In this document: positions 20,904 to 30,456 of the stretch, one piece after another
How the letters are laid out: each line of letters begins with the position of its first letter
Numbering within the stretch: position 1 is the first letter of the stretch
DNA from: an uncultured Phycisphaerales bacterium
GTDB lineage: Bacteria; Planctomycetota; Phycisphaerae; Tepidisphaerales; Tepidisphaeraceae
Length of the DNA: 64,000 nucleotides
Reading direction: 5' to 3'
NCBI GenBank assembly: GCA_963755915.1
Contig: CAVWLP010000002.1
Span: 1,824,001-1,888,000, forward strand
Notes under the pieces: generated by a model
Told to the model about the DNA's origin: nothing
The model's input: the letters and a program-made list of their open reading frames with translations, nothing else
Databases searched by the model: none
Translations under genes and position numbers: made by a program

Positions 20904-21741
20904 GCGCGGGCTGGCGGAAAATTCGATTCACGCATATCGGCGAGACCTGGAAGACCTTTCTGAATTCCTCACCATTCGCAAGCGCGATTTCCAGTCGGCG
21001 GAAGCGCGCGACTACCGGGAATATCTGCACGATCAATCGCGCGGGGGGAAGTCGACGCGGACGGTGGCGCGGCGGCTGGCGGCGATTCGGGTGATGCTGC
21101 GATTCTTCGCTTCGGAGGATGGGAAATCCGCGGGGATTCTTCAGCAACTTGACCGGCCTAAGCCGGAGCAGTCTTTGCCGAAGATTTTGAGCCGGGCGCA
21201 GGTGAATCAGCTTATTGGGGCGCCGAATCCGAAGTCGTCGCTTTATTTGCGGGATGTGGCGATTCTGGAATTGCTGTATGCGAGCGGATTGCGGGCTACG
21301 GAATTGTGCACGCTGAAGCTGCGCGATCTGAATACCAGCGTGGGGGTGATTCGGGTTTTTGGGAAGGGGTCGAAGGAGCGGGTCGTGCCGGTGGGGAGGG
21401 CGGCGATTGTCGCGATTGAGCGGTATCTGGCGGAATGCCGGCCGGGGCTTTTGCGGGGGGAAAGTGAGTACCTGATGGTTTCGCGGAGCGGGAAGCCGCT
21501 GGATCGGATTGCGCTTTGGATGCTGGTGGAGAAGTATGGGCGCAGGAGCGGGATTCTGCGGCAGGTTTCGCCGCATACGCTGCGGCACTGTTTTGCGACG
21601 CATCTGATTGGGGGCGGGGCGGATCTGCGTGTCGTGCAGGAATTACTGGGGCATAGCGATATCAGCACGACGCAGATTTATACGCATGTGGATCAGGATC
21701 GGTTGAAGGCGATTCATAAGAAGTTTCATCCGAGGAAATAG
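20815..21741 (+). CDS. xerD: Site-specific tyrosine recombinase XerD
   Basis: ERGLAENSIHAYRRDL, LLYASGLRATE, GKGSKER, HTLRHCFATH and LLGHSDISTTQIYTHV. Confidence 0.93.
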   Translation: MANMVSRKIPSRTRVSEPRLPLLLTFLATERGLAENSIHAYRRDLEDLSEFLTIRKRDFQSAEARDYREYLHDQSRGGKSTRTVARRLAAIRVMLRFFASEDGKSAGILQQLDRPKPEQSLPKILSRAQVNQLIGAPNPKSSLYLRDVAILELLYASGLRATELCTLKLRDLNTSVGVIRVFGKGSKERVVPVGRAAIVAIERYLAECRPGLLRGESEYLMVSRSGKPLDRIALWMLVEKYGRRSGILRQVSPHTLRHCFATHLIGGGADLRVVQELLGHSDISTTQIYTHVDQDRLKAIHKKFHPRK

Positions 21742-21744
21742 GTT

Positions 21745-21977
21745 TCAGCGCGACCTTTGACGTCGGCCGTTGGTGATTACTTCAAGTGCGGTGACCAACA
21801 GCAAGTCAACTATCTCGAAAGAGCCATTATTGAGGTGAACTGTGGCGATCCGACTCCGCGGAGCATAGGCCAGCATCTCGGGATGCATTACGGGCAGGCC
21901 TGGCCATCACCCAAGCGCAGATAAAAAGGTCTGAACGGTCGGGCAATATGCACTCGATGCAATTCATCGGTGGTCAT
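21745..21977 (-). CDS. Small hypothetical protein (PF.PF...DG family), frameshift near 21895; absent from the ORF track
   Basis: Hand translation: MTTDELHRVHIARPFRPFYLRLGDGQ / LPVMHPEMLAYAPRSRIATVHLNNGSFEIVDLLLVTALEV; paralogue at 45237-45479. Confidence 0.65.
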
Positions 21978-22007
21978 GACTAAATTATAACTAATCCCAA
22001 AAGACTT

Positions 22008-23180
22008 TCACATCGCCTGCAATTCTTTGAGGACCCCCTCGGATTCGGATTCTTCCGGCTGTTCCGCGCGGATTGCGGTTCGGTAGGCTTTGGTGAGGGC
22101 TTTCCCGGAGAGGTCGGCGAGCTCGGCGAGGGGGATGAAGACACCCTTCGACTGGCTTGGCCAGAAGAGATGATGGGCGACGATGCCGATCCGCTCTACG
22201 CCGGGTTTGTCGAGGGGGGATTCTGTCCGCGCCTCGGCGGCTGTGAAGACGGCGCGGAGGATTTCGGAGCCCTGGGCGGGTTCGGCGATCAGGTCGGCGA
22301 TTTCTTCGATCGAGCCGGGGAGGATTAAGAATAGTTTTGCCTTGTTGGCCGCGGGGCCCGGTTGGACGGTGACGTAGGCGAAATCCTGGATGGGGCGGGC
22401 GTGGCGGTAGGGGCCTTTGCCGATTTTATTTAGCTGGTCGATGAAGGTTTTGATCTTGCCGGCGGTTTCGAAGCGGAGTTCGGCGGCGGCCTGCTTCATG
22501 CGGTCGTTTTGCTGGCGGATCATTTCGCGCGGGTCGGCCAAAGTTTGGGCGCTCCAGCGGATCATGAGACGGTATTGGTCCATCGAAATCGACCCATCGC
22601 AGGGGGCGGGGCATTTTCCCATTTCCTTGTAGGCGCAGGCGCGGGCGTTGGGGGCTTCGACGAGAATGTTGTAGTAGCGGCAGAGGTCGAAGGCGTCTTC
22701 GATGAGCTCCATCAGGCGGGCGGCGGCGTGCTTATCTTCGACGGGGCCGACGAGGATTCCGGGTTTGCCGGTGAGCTGAATGGTTTTCGTGTAGCGCGGG
22801 AAATTGGTTTCGGGGTCGACGTGGATGAACCAGGCGGGGCGGAAGCCGACCATGCCCTGGTAGCTGTCGGGGAAGGCCTGGCGGGCGACGTCGTGATAGA
22901 TCCAGTCGGCTTCGAAGGCGCTGTCGACGCGACGCCAATAAATTTTTCGGACGATTTCGCGGTAGTCGATGCGCTTGGTGAGGGAAATCGTTTCGCCGGT
23001 GAGGCGGCGCTTGAGGCTGTAGCGGAGGTTTTTGACGCAGAGAAGTTGGAGAGGGTGGTCTTCGGCATCCGCGAATAGGTAGACGACCCATTTGGCGGGG
23101 ACGGTGCGGAGGAATTCGTCGAAATTTTGCGCGGGGTCGAAATCGACGTGGCGATCGAGGATGCCCATAATTTGGGTCAT
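22008..23180 (-). CDS. UvrC N-terminal-like (Cho-like) protein with Cys cluster and UVR motif
   Basis: FDLCR...ACAYKEMGKCPAPCDG; MKQAAAELRFETAG UVR motif; degenerate GIY-YIG-like N-terminus. Confidence 0.8.
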   Translation of the reverse strand: MTQIMGILDRHVDFDPAQNFDEFLRTVPAKWVVYLFADAEDHPLQLLCVKNLRYSLKRRLTGETISLTKRIDYREIVRKIYWRRVDSAFEADWIYHDVARQAFPDSYQGMVGFRPAWFIHVDPETNFPRYTKTIQLTGKPGILVGPVEDKHAAARLMELIEDAFDLCRYYNILVEAPNARACAYKEMGKCPAPCDGSISMDQYRLMIRWSAQTLADPREMIRQQNDRMKQAAAELRFETAGKIKTFIDQLNKIGKGPYRHARPIQDFAYVTVQPGPAANKAKLFLILPGSIEEIADLIAEPAQGSEILRAVFTAAEARTESPLDKPGVERIGIVAHHLFWPSQSKGVFIPLAELADLSGKALTKAYRTAIRAEQPEESESEGVLKELQAM

Positions 23181-23227
23181 GCGTTAATCCATGTTAGGAT
23201 CGGAAGAGAGGAAAATAAAAAAACATT

Positions 23228-23887
23228 ATGAGCCAAAACGAATCGCCGCTGGTCATTATCGTGATGGGGAGCAAGTCGGACTGGGAAACGATGCAGCATG
23301 CGTCGCAGACGCTGAAGGATTTTGAGGTGGCGCACGAGTGCCGGGTTTTGTCGGCGCATCGGACGCCGAAGGCGACGGCGGAGTATATTACTGCGGCGGA
23401 ATCGCGCGGGGTTGCGGTGGTGATTGCGGCGGCGGGAGGGGCGGCGCATCTGGCGGGGGTTGCGGCGGCGCATACGACGCTGCCGGTTTTGGGGGTTCCG
23501 ATGCAGAGTGCGGCGTTGCAGGGGCTGGATTCGCTTTTGTCGACGGTGCAGATGCCGGCGGGGATTCCGGTGGCGACGTTTGCGATTGGGAAGCCGGGGG
23601 CAGTGAATGCGGCGCTGTTTGCGGTGGCGGTGCTGGCGGGTTCGCGGGCGGGGTTGCGGGATCGGCTGGTGAAATTCAGGGAGAATCAGGCGCAGAAGAT
23701 TTTGGGGAAAAATTACCGGTTTGAGGGGAGACGAAGACACGGGCCGAGGACGGCCCGGCTCACTCTGGGAGCAGAGGGTTGGTCTGATTTGGGGGTTTGT
23801 TATTTTTGGGCGTTGTCGAGAAGTTCCACCAGGGGTTTCAAACGTGCGTCGAAGCGTTGTTGGAAGAGTAGCTGCGCGGCGCGGTAG
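23228..23887 (+). CDS. purE: N5-CAIR mutase PurE (true end probably near 23720; ORF extended by a probable frameshift)
   Basis: MGSKSDW, VLSAHRTP, AGGAAHLAG and SLLSTVQMPAGIPVAT. Confidence 0.96.
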   Translation: MSQNESPLVIIVMGSKSDWETMQHASQTLKDFEVAHECRVLSAHRTPKATAEYITAAESRGVAVVIAAAGGAAHLAGVAAAHTTLPVLGVPMQSAALQGLDSLLSTVQMPAGIPVATFAIGKPGAVNAALFAVAVLAGSRAGLRDRLVKFRENQAQKILGKNYRFEGRRRHGPRTARLTLGAEGWSDLGVCYFWALSRSSTRGFKRASKRCWKSSCAAR

Positions 23888-25197
23888 AGGTTGAAGGCGT
23901 CGTTGGGGCTCATGTCGAATCTTGTGGAGATGGTGTTGACGGAGCTGCCGAAGGTGAGGGTGCTGAGTTCGCCGACCTGGGAGAGACTGAGGTGGGCGAT
24001 GCGGACGAGGCGGCCGCCCTGGTCTTTGATTTCGAGGTAGTGTTGGCGCTGGAGGGTGTCGATGAAGGCGCGGAGTTCGGAGGTGGTGTAGGTTCCCAAC
24101 GCGTTGTTTACGACGGCTTCGGAAAGGGTTGCAGAACCGGTGCGGTTGAGGAGGACGGAGCTGGAGACGCTGAAGCCTTCGAGGAGGTTTTCGATGCCGC
24201 CGAGCTGGGCCTTGGCGTTGATTTTGGCGTTGCTGGGGGTGCCGGCGTCGATGACGACGATGATGGCGCCGTTGGGATAGGGGTCGATGGGCTGCTCGGA
24301 TTCGGCCAGGTAGGAATTGATGAGCGTCTGGACGCCGAGGTTATCGACTACGCCGCCGTCGACGAGGTGGAGGTATTGGTTGAAGCTGGTGGAATAGTCG
24401 CGCAGGGTTGTGGGATCGAGGAGTGCGGGGACGGCGGAACTGGCGACGACGGCGCTGGCGAGGGGGTAGGTGTCGAGCTTCGAATTGATCATGTCGAAGT
24501 AGGCGTTGTCGAAGAGAAAGGGACGGCCGCTTTGCATGTCGGTGGAGTTGATGAGGAGGCGGGGGCGATCGGTGCGCAGGTCGGCGAAGGTGAGCCATTT
24601 TCCGTTGCGGGTGAACATGGTGTTGGCGAATTCATCCGCGAGCATGTCGCTGCGGTTGACGGTGCCCATGAGAAGGCCGAAGAGGTTCCAGGGGAGGAAG
24701 AAGACGCGGTCGAAGAGGGTGGTTTCGAATTGATTGGTGAGCTTGTCCTGGACGTTGGGAGGGTTCCACTGATAGTCCTTGCAGGAGCAGTAATAGGCGG
24801 CGGCGAGGGAGCCACCGCTGACGGAGGAGATGCACTGCACTTTCTGGAGGAAACCGATGCGCTGAAGCTCGAACATGCAGGCGGCGGCGAAGTTTGCGGA
24901 GCGGGAGCCTCCGCCGCTGATGGCGAGGCCGACGAAATAACCGTTGGGGCTGAGGCGACGTCCGCCGATCGGTTTGGCCTTGGGGCGTTCGTCGAGGGAG
25001 GGCATGAGAATGGGCTGGAGAAAGCTTTCGGTTTGGGGGTTGGTGTTGGTGGTTCGGTTTTCGAGGGGGAGGCGGAGGTCGTTTTCCTGCTGGTTGCGAT
25101 AGTCGGGGCTGCAGGCGGCGAGGATGAGGAGAAAGACGCAGGCGGTCAGGATCGCCCGGTTAGCATTTTCGGGTGAATATTCCTGTTGCGGTCGCAT
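23800..25197 (-). CDS. Patatin-like phospholipase lipoprotein
   Basis: LILAAC lipobox-like motif; SGGGSRSA, SSVSGGS and DGG motifs. Confidence 0.88.
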   Translation of the reverse strand: MRPQQEYSPENANRAILTACVFLLILAACSPDYRNQQENDLRLPLENRTTNTNPQTESFLQPILMPSLDERPKAKPIGGRRLSPNGYFVGLAISGGGSRSANFAAACMFELQRIGFLQKVQCISSVSGGSLAAAYYCSCKDYQWNPPNVQDKLTNQFETTLFDRVFFLPWNLFGLLMGTVNRSDMLADEFANTMFTRNGKWLTFADLRTDRPRLLINSTDMQSGRPFLFDNAYFDMINSKLDTYPLASAVVASSAVPALLDPTTLRDYSTSFNQYLHLVDGGVVDNLGVQTLINSYLAESEQPIDPYPNGAIIVVIDAGTPSNAKINAKAQLGGIENLLEGFSVSSSVLLNRTGSATLSEAVVNNALGTYTTSELRAFIDTLQRQHYLEIKDQGGRLVRIAHLSLSQVGELSTLTFGSSVNTISTRFDMSPNDAFNLYRAAQLLFQQRFDARLKPLVELLDNAQK

Positions 25198-25291
25198 GCT
25201 GGGGCCGAATATAACGCAGCCGTGGGATCGGGTGTAGGTGGTGGGCTTGTGGGCCTGTATCCGCCTAAACTCATATGTATGGAGGAGTTTG

Positions 25292-27145
25292 ATGAGCACG
25301 ATGCGTACGGATCGATCCGAGAATGAGAAAACGCGACGGCCGCCTGTGGGGCGGCCGAGCGTGGCGCAGCCGGCGATCAACTCTTACGTGCGGCAATGGA
25401 TCGATCAGTGCATCGACATGTGCCAGCCGCAAAATGTTTATTGGTGCGACGGCTCGCCGGAGGAGCGGCAAACGCTTCTGAAGCGGGCGGTGAAGGAGGG
25501 GGTCCTCATCGAGCTGAACCAGGAAAAGCTGCCGAACTGCTATCTGCACCGGAGCAATCCGAACGACGTTGCGCGTAGCGAGCAGGCGACGTTCATTTGC
25601 ACGCCGAGCCAGGATATGGCGGGGCCGACGAACAACTGGATGGAGACGCGGGCGGCGTATACGCGTTTGCGGGGGCTCTTCAGCGGGTGCATGAAGGGGC
25701 GGACGATGTATGTGGTTCCATTCGTGATGGGGCCGATCGGGTCGCCGCTGGCGAAGGTGGGGGTGGAGCTGACGGATTCGATCTACGTCGCGATCAGCAT
25801 GGGGGTCATGACGCGGATGGGGACGATCGCGTGGAGAGAGCTGGATTCAAGGGGATTTGATCCGAATATTGAGCCGGAGTTCACGCGGTGTCTGCATAGT
25901 GTTGGAGATTGCAGCCCGGAGCGGCGGTATATCTGCCATTTTCCGATCGACAATACGGTGTGGAGCTTTGGTTCGGGGTATGGGGGCAATGCGCTGCTGG
26001 GGAAAAAATGTCTGGCGCTGCGGATCGCGAGCTTTCTGGGATCGCAGCAGGATTGGATGGCGGAGCACATGCTGCTGATGGGAGCGACCAGCCCGGAGGG
26101 GGAAAAGACGTATGTGGCGGCGGCGTTTCCCAGCTCGTGCGGGAAGACGAATTTCGCGATGCTGATCCCGCCGGCAAAGTATCGGGATGCGGGATGGAAG
26201 ATTACCACGGTGGGGGACGACATCGTGTGGATGTGGGTGGATGAAAAGACGGGGAAATTGCGGGCGATTAATCCGGAGGCGGGATATTTTGGCGTGGTGC
26301 CGGGGACGAATGAGCAGACGAATCCGAACGCGATGGCGATCATGCGGAAGGACACGATTTTTACGAATGTTGCGCTGCTGCCGGATGGGGATGTGTGGTG
26401 GGACGGGAAGACGGCGACGGCGCCGGAGAAATGTGTTGACTGGATGGGGGAGGAGTGGACGCCATCGTGCGGGCGGAAGGCGGCGCATGCGAACAGCCGG
26501 TTTACGGCGCCGATGGTGAATAATCCGGCGCTGGATTCAGCGGCGGATGATCCGGCGGGGGTGCCGGTTTCGGCGATCGTGTTTGGGGGTCGGCGGTCGC
26601 GGGTGGTGCCGCTGGTGTTTCAGGCGTTTAACTGGATGCATGGGGTTTACCTGGGGGCGACACTGGGTTCGGAAACGACAGCGGCGGCGGCGGGGCAGGT
26701 GGGGGTAGTGCGGCGGGATCCGATGGCCATGCTGCCGTTCATTGGCTACAACATTCGCGATTATCTGGTTCACTGGTTCCGGATGCGCAAGAAGATGTCG
26801 GATTGTCCGCGGATTTTTCACGTCAACTGGTTCCGGAAGGATGACCAGGGGAGATTTTTGTGGCCGGGGTATGGGGAGAATATGCGGGTGCTGAAGTGGA
26901 TCATCGACCGGTCGCGCGGCCGGGCATATGCGCGGGAGACGCTGATTGGGTGGATGCCGCGGAGTTCGGATATCGATCTGGATGGGCTGAGCATCTCGCG
27001 GGAACAATTTGAGCAGCTGCAGTCGATTTCGGTGGAGGATGTGAAGGCGGAGCTGGTGAGCCAGGAGGAATTGTTTTTGAAGCTGGCGGGGGATTTGCCG
27101 AAGGAGATGATTTTTCAGAGGGAGTTGTTGATCAGTCGGTTATAA
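25292..27145 (+). CDS. pckG: Phosphoenolpyruvate carboxykinase (GTP)
   Basis: GSGYGGNALLGKKC, AAFPSSCGKTN, VGDDI, INPEAGYFGV and FHVNWFR; GGAGGAG RBS. Confidence 0.97.
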   Translation: MSTMRTDRSENEKTRRPPVGRPSVAQPAINSYVRQWIDQCIDMCQPQNVYWCDGSPEERQTLLKRAVKEGVLIELNQEKLPNCYLHRSNPNDVARSEQATFICTPSQDMAGPTNNWMETRAAYTRLRGLFSGCMKGRTMYVVPFVMGPIGSPLAKVGVELTDSIYVAISMGVMTRMGTIAWRELDSRGFDPNIEPEFTRCLHSVGDCSPERRYICHFPIDNTVWSFGSGYGGNALLGKKCLALRIASFLGSQQDWMAEHMLLMGATSPEGEKTYVAAAFPSSCGKTNFAMLIPPAKYRDAGWKITTVGDDIVWMWVDEKTGKLRAINPEAGYFGVVPGTNEQTNPNAMAIMRKDTIFTNVALLPDGDVWWDGKTATAPEKCVDWMGEEWTPSCGRKAAHANSRFTAPMVNNPALDSAADDPAGVPVSAIVFGGRRSRVVPLVFQAFNWMHGVYLGATLGSETTAAAAGQVGVVRRDPMAMLPFIGYNIRDYLVHWFRMRKKMSDCPRIFHVNWFRKDDQGRFLWPGYGENMRVLKWIIDRSRGRAYARETLIGWMPRSSDIDLDGLSISREQFEQLQSISVEDVKAELVSQEELFLKLAGDLPKEMIFQRELLISRL

Positions 27146-27177
27146 AGTTTTCGCGGTCCGAGCGCGTTTCGCACAGC

Positions 27178-27597
27178 TCACACTAAAAAACGCTCGGCAC
27201 GGATGTTCAAATAAGCGCTGAGCGAGCGGATTGCGCCCTTGCTCCATCCACGTCGACCGCTGAGCATTTCGGACAGATTCGACTGGGGCACACCTATTGA
27301 TCGGGCGAGCGCGTTGATCGAGATTCCGCGCTGTTCGATGCGATGGCGCACCAGCTCGGCGGCGGAGAGTTTTGCGGCACCGGCGTCCTGAGCGCTCTTC
27401 TGTTCGTATTCGGCGACGAGATCCACGAGCACGTCAAGATATTCCGATGCGCCGCGGTCGTGCGTCTGTTTTGACAGGCGAAGGATCATTTTTTTGGCCC
27501 TCGCGTGATCGGCCGCGCTGCGAATCTTGCGCAGCGGCAACTCTTTGATGAGCTGCATGTAGGAATCCGATGCAGAGGTCTTCAACGTAGCGCGCAT
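27178..27597 (-). CDS. higA: HigA-family antitoxin (HTH)
   Basis: YLDVLVDLVAEYE; LARSIGVPQSNLSEMLSGRR. Confidence 0.88.
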   Translation of the reverse strand: MRATLKTSASDSYMQLIKELPLRKIRSAADHARAKKMILRLSKQTHDRGASEYLDVLVDLVAEYEQKSAQDAGAAKLSAAELVRHRIEQRGISINALARSIGVPQSNLSEMLSGRRGWSKGAIRSLSAYLNIRAERFLV

Positions 27598-27598
27598 C

Positions 27599-27907
27599 TC
27601 AATACCGTCCTTTCCAAAGATTTTTGTCGTACTCCGCGTGGGCCAGCAGATCCAAGGCGACCACGACCTGATTATGGTAGTTCACGTTTGAGAGCAGCCG
27701 ATATTCGTTTCCCTTGACGTTGAACACGGTGATTACAATGTCGCTTTTGAGTCTGACACCGTCGGCGGATGGGTAGTCGCCTCGAAGCTCGTCGAGACTG
27801 TGCCACTCGGCGTCCTCGACGGTGGCTATCCATGCTTGAAGCCATTTTCTTGCGTCCGGGTGCTTGCGCATGGCTTTGGTCAGCGCGTCATAGCCCAGAA
27901 GCCGCAT
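27599..27907 (-). CDS. higB: HigB-family toxin
   Basis: KHPDARKWLQAW, YPSAD, VFNVKGNEYRL and HAEYDK; upstream TTGACT-N17-CAAAAT (27942-27914). Confidence 0.9.
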   Translation of the reverse strand: MRLLGYDALTKAMRKHPDARKWLQAWIATVEDAEWHSLDELRGDYPSADGVRLKSDIVITVFNVKGNEYRLLSNVNYHNQVVVALDLLAHAEYDKNLWKGRY

Positions 27908-27962
27908 TATCTCATTTTGGTATAGGGTGGGCGAAAAGTCAATTCGGCGACGGAAAGATAAA

Positions 27963-28001
27963 CGGGGACGCCGCTAGTTAAAAAACTAGCTGCGTCCCCG
28001 T
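27963..28001. repeat. Intergenic palindrome
   Basis: CGGGGACGCCGCTAGTT-AAAA-AACTAGCTGCGTCCCCG near-perfect inverted repeat. Confidence 0.6.
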
Positions 28002-28108
28002 CTTCAGGTCCGTGGACCACAAATAACTACTATAATCTACTAATTAGTGTACACTAATGGAAATCCCGAAAACCGTCTCTTTTCGTCCCATTTCGTCCCA
28101 CCACCAAT

Positions 28109-30274
28109 TCAACGCCAATTGTGCCACATCCGGCGGAATGCCGCTTCAATGCTTCGGGCGAATTTTGGGGCGTCCATCAGCGGCGAGCGCTGCATTCGTT
28201 CTCGCAATCCGGCTCTGAGGTCCGCGAGCCGGGGTTGATCCTTTGCCAGACCCACGGCGATCGTTATGAATTGCTCTTTGCTTTCCGCGGCGAGCTCCGG
28301 CAGGCCGAGGTTTGAGAGTTGAGACCAGCCGGCGCGGCCTACCGGGGTGTTTCCTATCAGCGTTGCGACCGGCACTCCCATCCAGAGGGAATCGAGGGTC
28401 GTCGTGTGGCCGTTGTACGGCATCGTGTCGAGGCCCAGGTCGATGCGGTGGTAGGCTTCCAGATATTCACGTCGGGATCGGCGGGAGAGGAATTCGATTC
28501 TGGTTCGGTCGATTCCCTCGGATTCAAATTGCTGGAGGGTGCGCTCTCGGAGGGAGCCTTCGGCGGCGAGGAGCAAAAGCCGGGAGTCTTTCACCTGGCG
28601 CATGATCCGGGCCCAGAGGGCGAAGAGGGGGTCGTTGGTTTTGCAGAAATTGTTGAGGCAGCCGAGGGTGACATAACCGTTGCGCTGGGCGGGCAGCGGG
28701 CTGACGGGAATGTCGGCTTCGTCCAGGGGCTCGTAGCACCAGAATGTTTCGGGGAGGCGGATGGTTTTTTCGGAGTAGAGGGATTCGTCCGTTGCGGGCG
28801 GATCGAGATAGGGGTCGCTGAGGCGATATTCGATGGCGGTTAGGCCTGCGCCGCCGGGATAGCCCAGCCAGGAGACCTGCACGGGGGCGGGCTTACGGGC
28901 GAAGATGAGAAGGCGGTGTTCGGCGGTGTGGAGTTTGAGGTCGACGAGGATGTCGATCTGGTCGCGGCGGATCTGGTCGGCGGCCTGATCGTCGGACAAT
29001 TGAGTGATGTTTCGCCAGGCGTCGGCCTGGTGCTCGAACCTGGTCGTCATCGCATCGAGGCGAACGACATTGGCGTAGCAGAACAATTCGACTTGAACGC
29101 GATCGTGCTCGCGGAGAAGGGGCCAGAGGAAATTGGCGGAGGCGTGGGTTCGGAAGTCGGCGGTGAGGTAGCCGATGCGGAGGCGGCGATTGGGGTCGCG
29201 GTCGTTTGTCCAGGGGAGGATGGATTTTTCAAGCGGCTGGGCGAATTTCTGGTTCCAGAGGCGGCACTGTTCGGCGATGGCATGGGTGTCGCAATCCAGA
29301 TCGTAGTGCATCGCGAGAATGAGGTTGCTGGAGGCTTCGAGGTAGTTAGGATTCAGCTCGATGGCGCGGCGATATTCGGCGATGGCCTGGTCGATCCGGC
29401 CAATCTCTTTTTTCACGCTGCCGAGGTTGCAGTGGACCTGCGGATAGTCGGTTTTTAGCTCGATGGCTTTTTGCAGAATCTCATCCGCTTCGTCGAGCCG
29501 GTCCATGAGTTTCAGGGCGATGCCAAGATTGCTGTAGGCTTCGACGAGGCGGGGTTGAAAGGAGATGGCTTTGCGGTAGGCGGCGATTGCTTCGTTTAGC
29601 TGCCCGAATTCGGTGAGGACGTTTCCCAGATTGCACCAGGCGTTGGCATATTGCGGCTTGAGTGTGATTGCCTGGCGGCAGGCGGCGATGGCTTCTTCGA
29701 GGCGCTTGGATTCCCAGAGGATGTTTCCGAGATTGCTGAAGGCCTCGGCGAGGCGCGGGTCGAGGGCGATCGCCTGGCGGTAGGAGGCGATGGCCTGGTC
29801 GCGCTTTCCCAATGCCCGCAGCACATTGCCGAGATTGGAGTGGGCGCCGGCGAGGGTTGACTTGAGGCGGATGGCCTGGCGGCAATGGGCTTCGGATTCT
29901 TCCCACTGCCGGTGTTTGTAGAGCACGTTGCCAAGGCTGCTGTGGGCCTCGGCGAGATGGGGTTTGAGTGCGATGGCCCGGCGGAAGGAGGCGACGGCTT
30001 CGTCGGTGCGGCCCATCTCGGCAAGGATGGTTCCGAGGTTTAAGTGGGCTTCGGCATAATCGGGGCGCATGGCGATGGTGCGGCGGATCAGTTCGACGGC
30101 GGCGTCGTTGCGTCCGACCTGGTGGGCGATGAGGCCGAGGTTGTGCAGGACTTCGAAATGATCGGGCTGGCGAGCGAGGATTCCGCGGTAGAGTTGTTCG
30201 GCTTCGCGCAGTTTTCCGGCCTCGTGGTATTTGAAGGCGAGGTCGAGGGCTTGCTGGATGGAGATTTCGGGCAT
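28109..30274 (-). CDS. TPR-containing O-GlcNAc transferase-like (GT41/SPINDLY family) protein
   Basis: About 9 TPRs (AEAHSNLG type), then RLRIGYLTADFRTH, DQIDILVDL, KPAPVQVSWLGYP and DTMPYNGHTTTLDSLWMGVP. Confidence 0.93.
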   Translation of the reverse strand: MPEISIQQALDLAFKYHEAGKLREAEQLYRGILARQPDHFEVLHNLGLIAHQVGRNDAAVELIRRTIAMRPDYAEAHLNLGTILAEMGRTDEAVASFRRAIALKPHLAEAHSSLGNVLYKHRQWEESEAHCRQAIRLKSTLAGAHSNLGNVLRALGKRDQAIASYRQAIALDPRLAEAFSNLGNILWESKRLEEAIAACRQAITLKPQYANAWCNLGNVLTEFGQLNEAIAAYRKAISFQPRLVEAYSNLGIALKLMDRLDEADEILQKAIELKTDYPQVHCNLGSVKKEIGRIDQAIAEYRRAIELNPNYLEASSNLILAMHYDLDCDTHAIAEQCRLWNQKFAQPLEKSILPWTNDRDPNRRLRIGYLTADFRTHASANFLWPLLREHDRVQVELFCYANVVRLDAMTTRFEHQADAWRNITQLSDDQAADQIRRDQIDILVDLKLHTAEHRLLIFARKPAPVQVSWLGYPGGAGLTAIEYRLSDPYLDPPATDESLYSEKTIRLPETFWCYEPLDEADIPVSPLPAQRNGYVTLGCLNNFCKTNDPLFALWARIMRQVKDSRLLLLAAEGSLRERTLQQFESEGIDRTRIEFLSRRSRREYLEAYHRIDLGLDTMPYNGHTTTLDSLWMGVPVATLIGNTPVGRAGWSQLSNLGLPELAAESKEQFITIAVGLAKDQPRLADLRAGLRERMQRSPLMDAPKFARSIEAAFRRMWHNWR

Positions 30275-30456
30275 CAGGCCCAAATCTTAGCGATGGGAAA
30301 CTTCCCGGTCACGAATCCGTCTGAAGTTGTTGCCGCAGCGTTGCTCGTGGGTGTTATATGGATTTAAATATTGGTTGTTGAGGCGATTTGTGATGGGCTG
30401 GCGAATTTTTTTGTCATGATCGGGTCGCAGCGGACACTATCAGTGGATGGCGTGAT

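Noticed and set aside
20815-21741. Prophage or integron integrase
   Set aside because: Sequence is XerD-like, lacks the IntI insertion, and has no phage genes or attC cassette array nearby.
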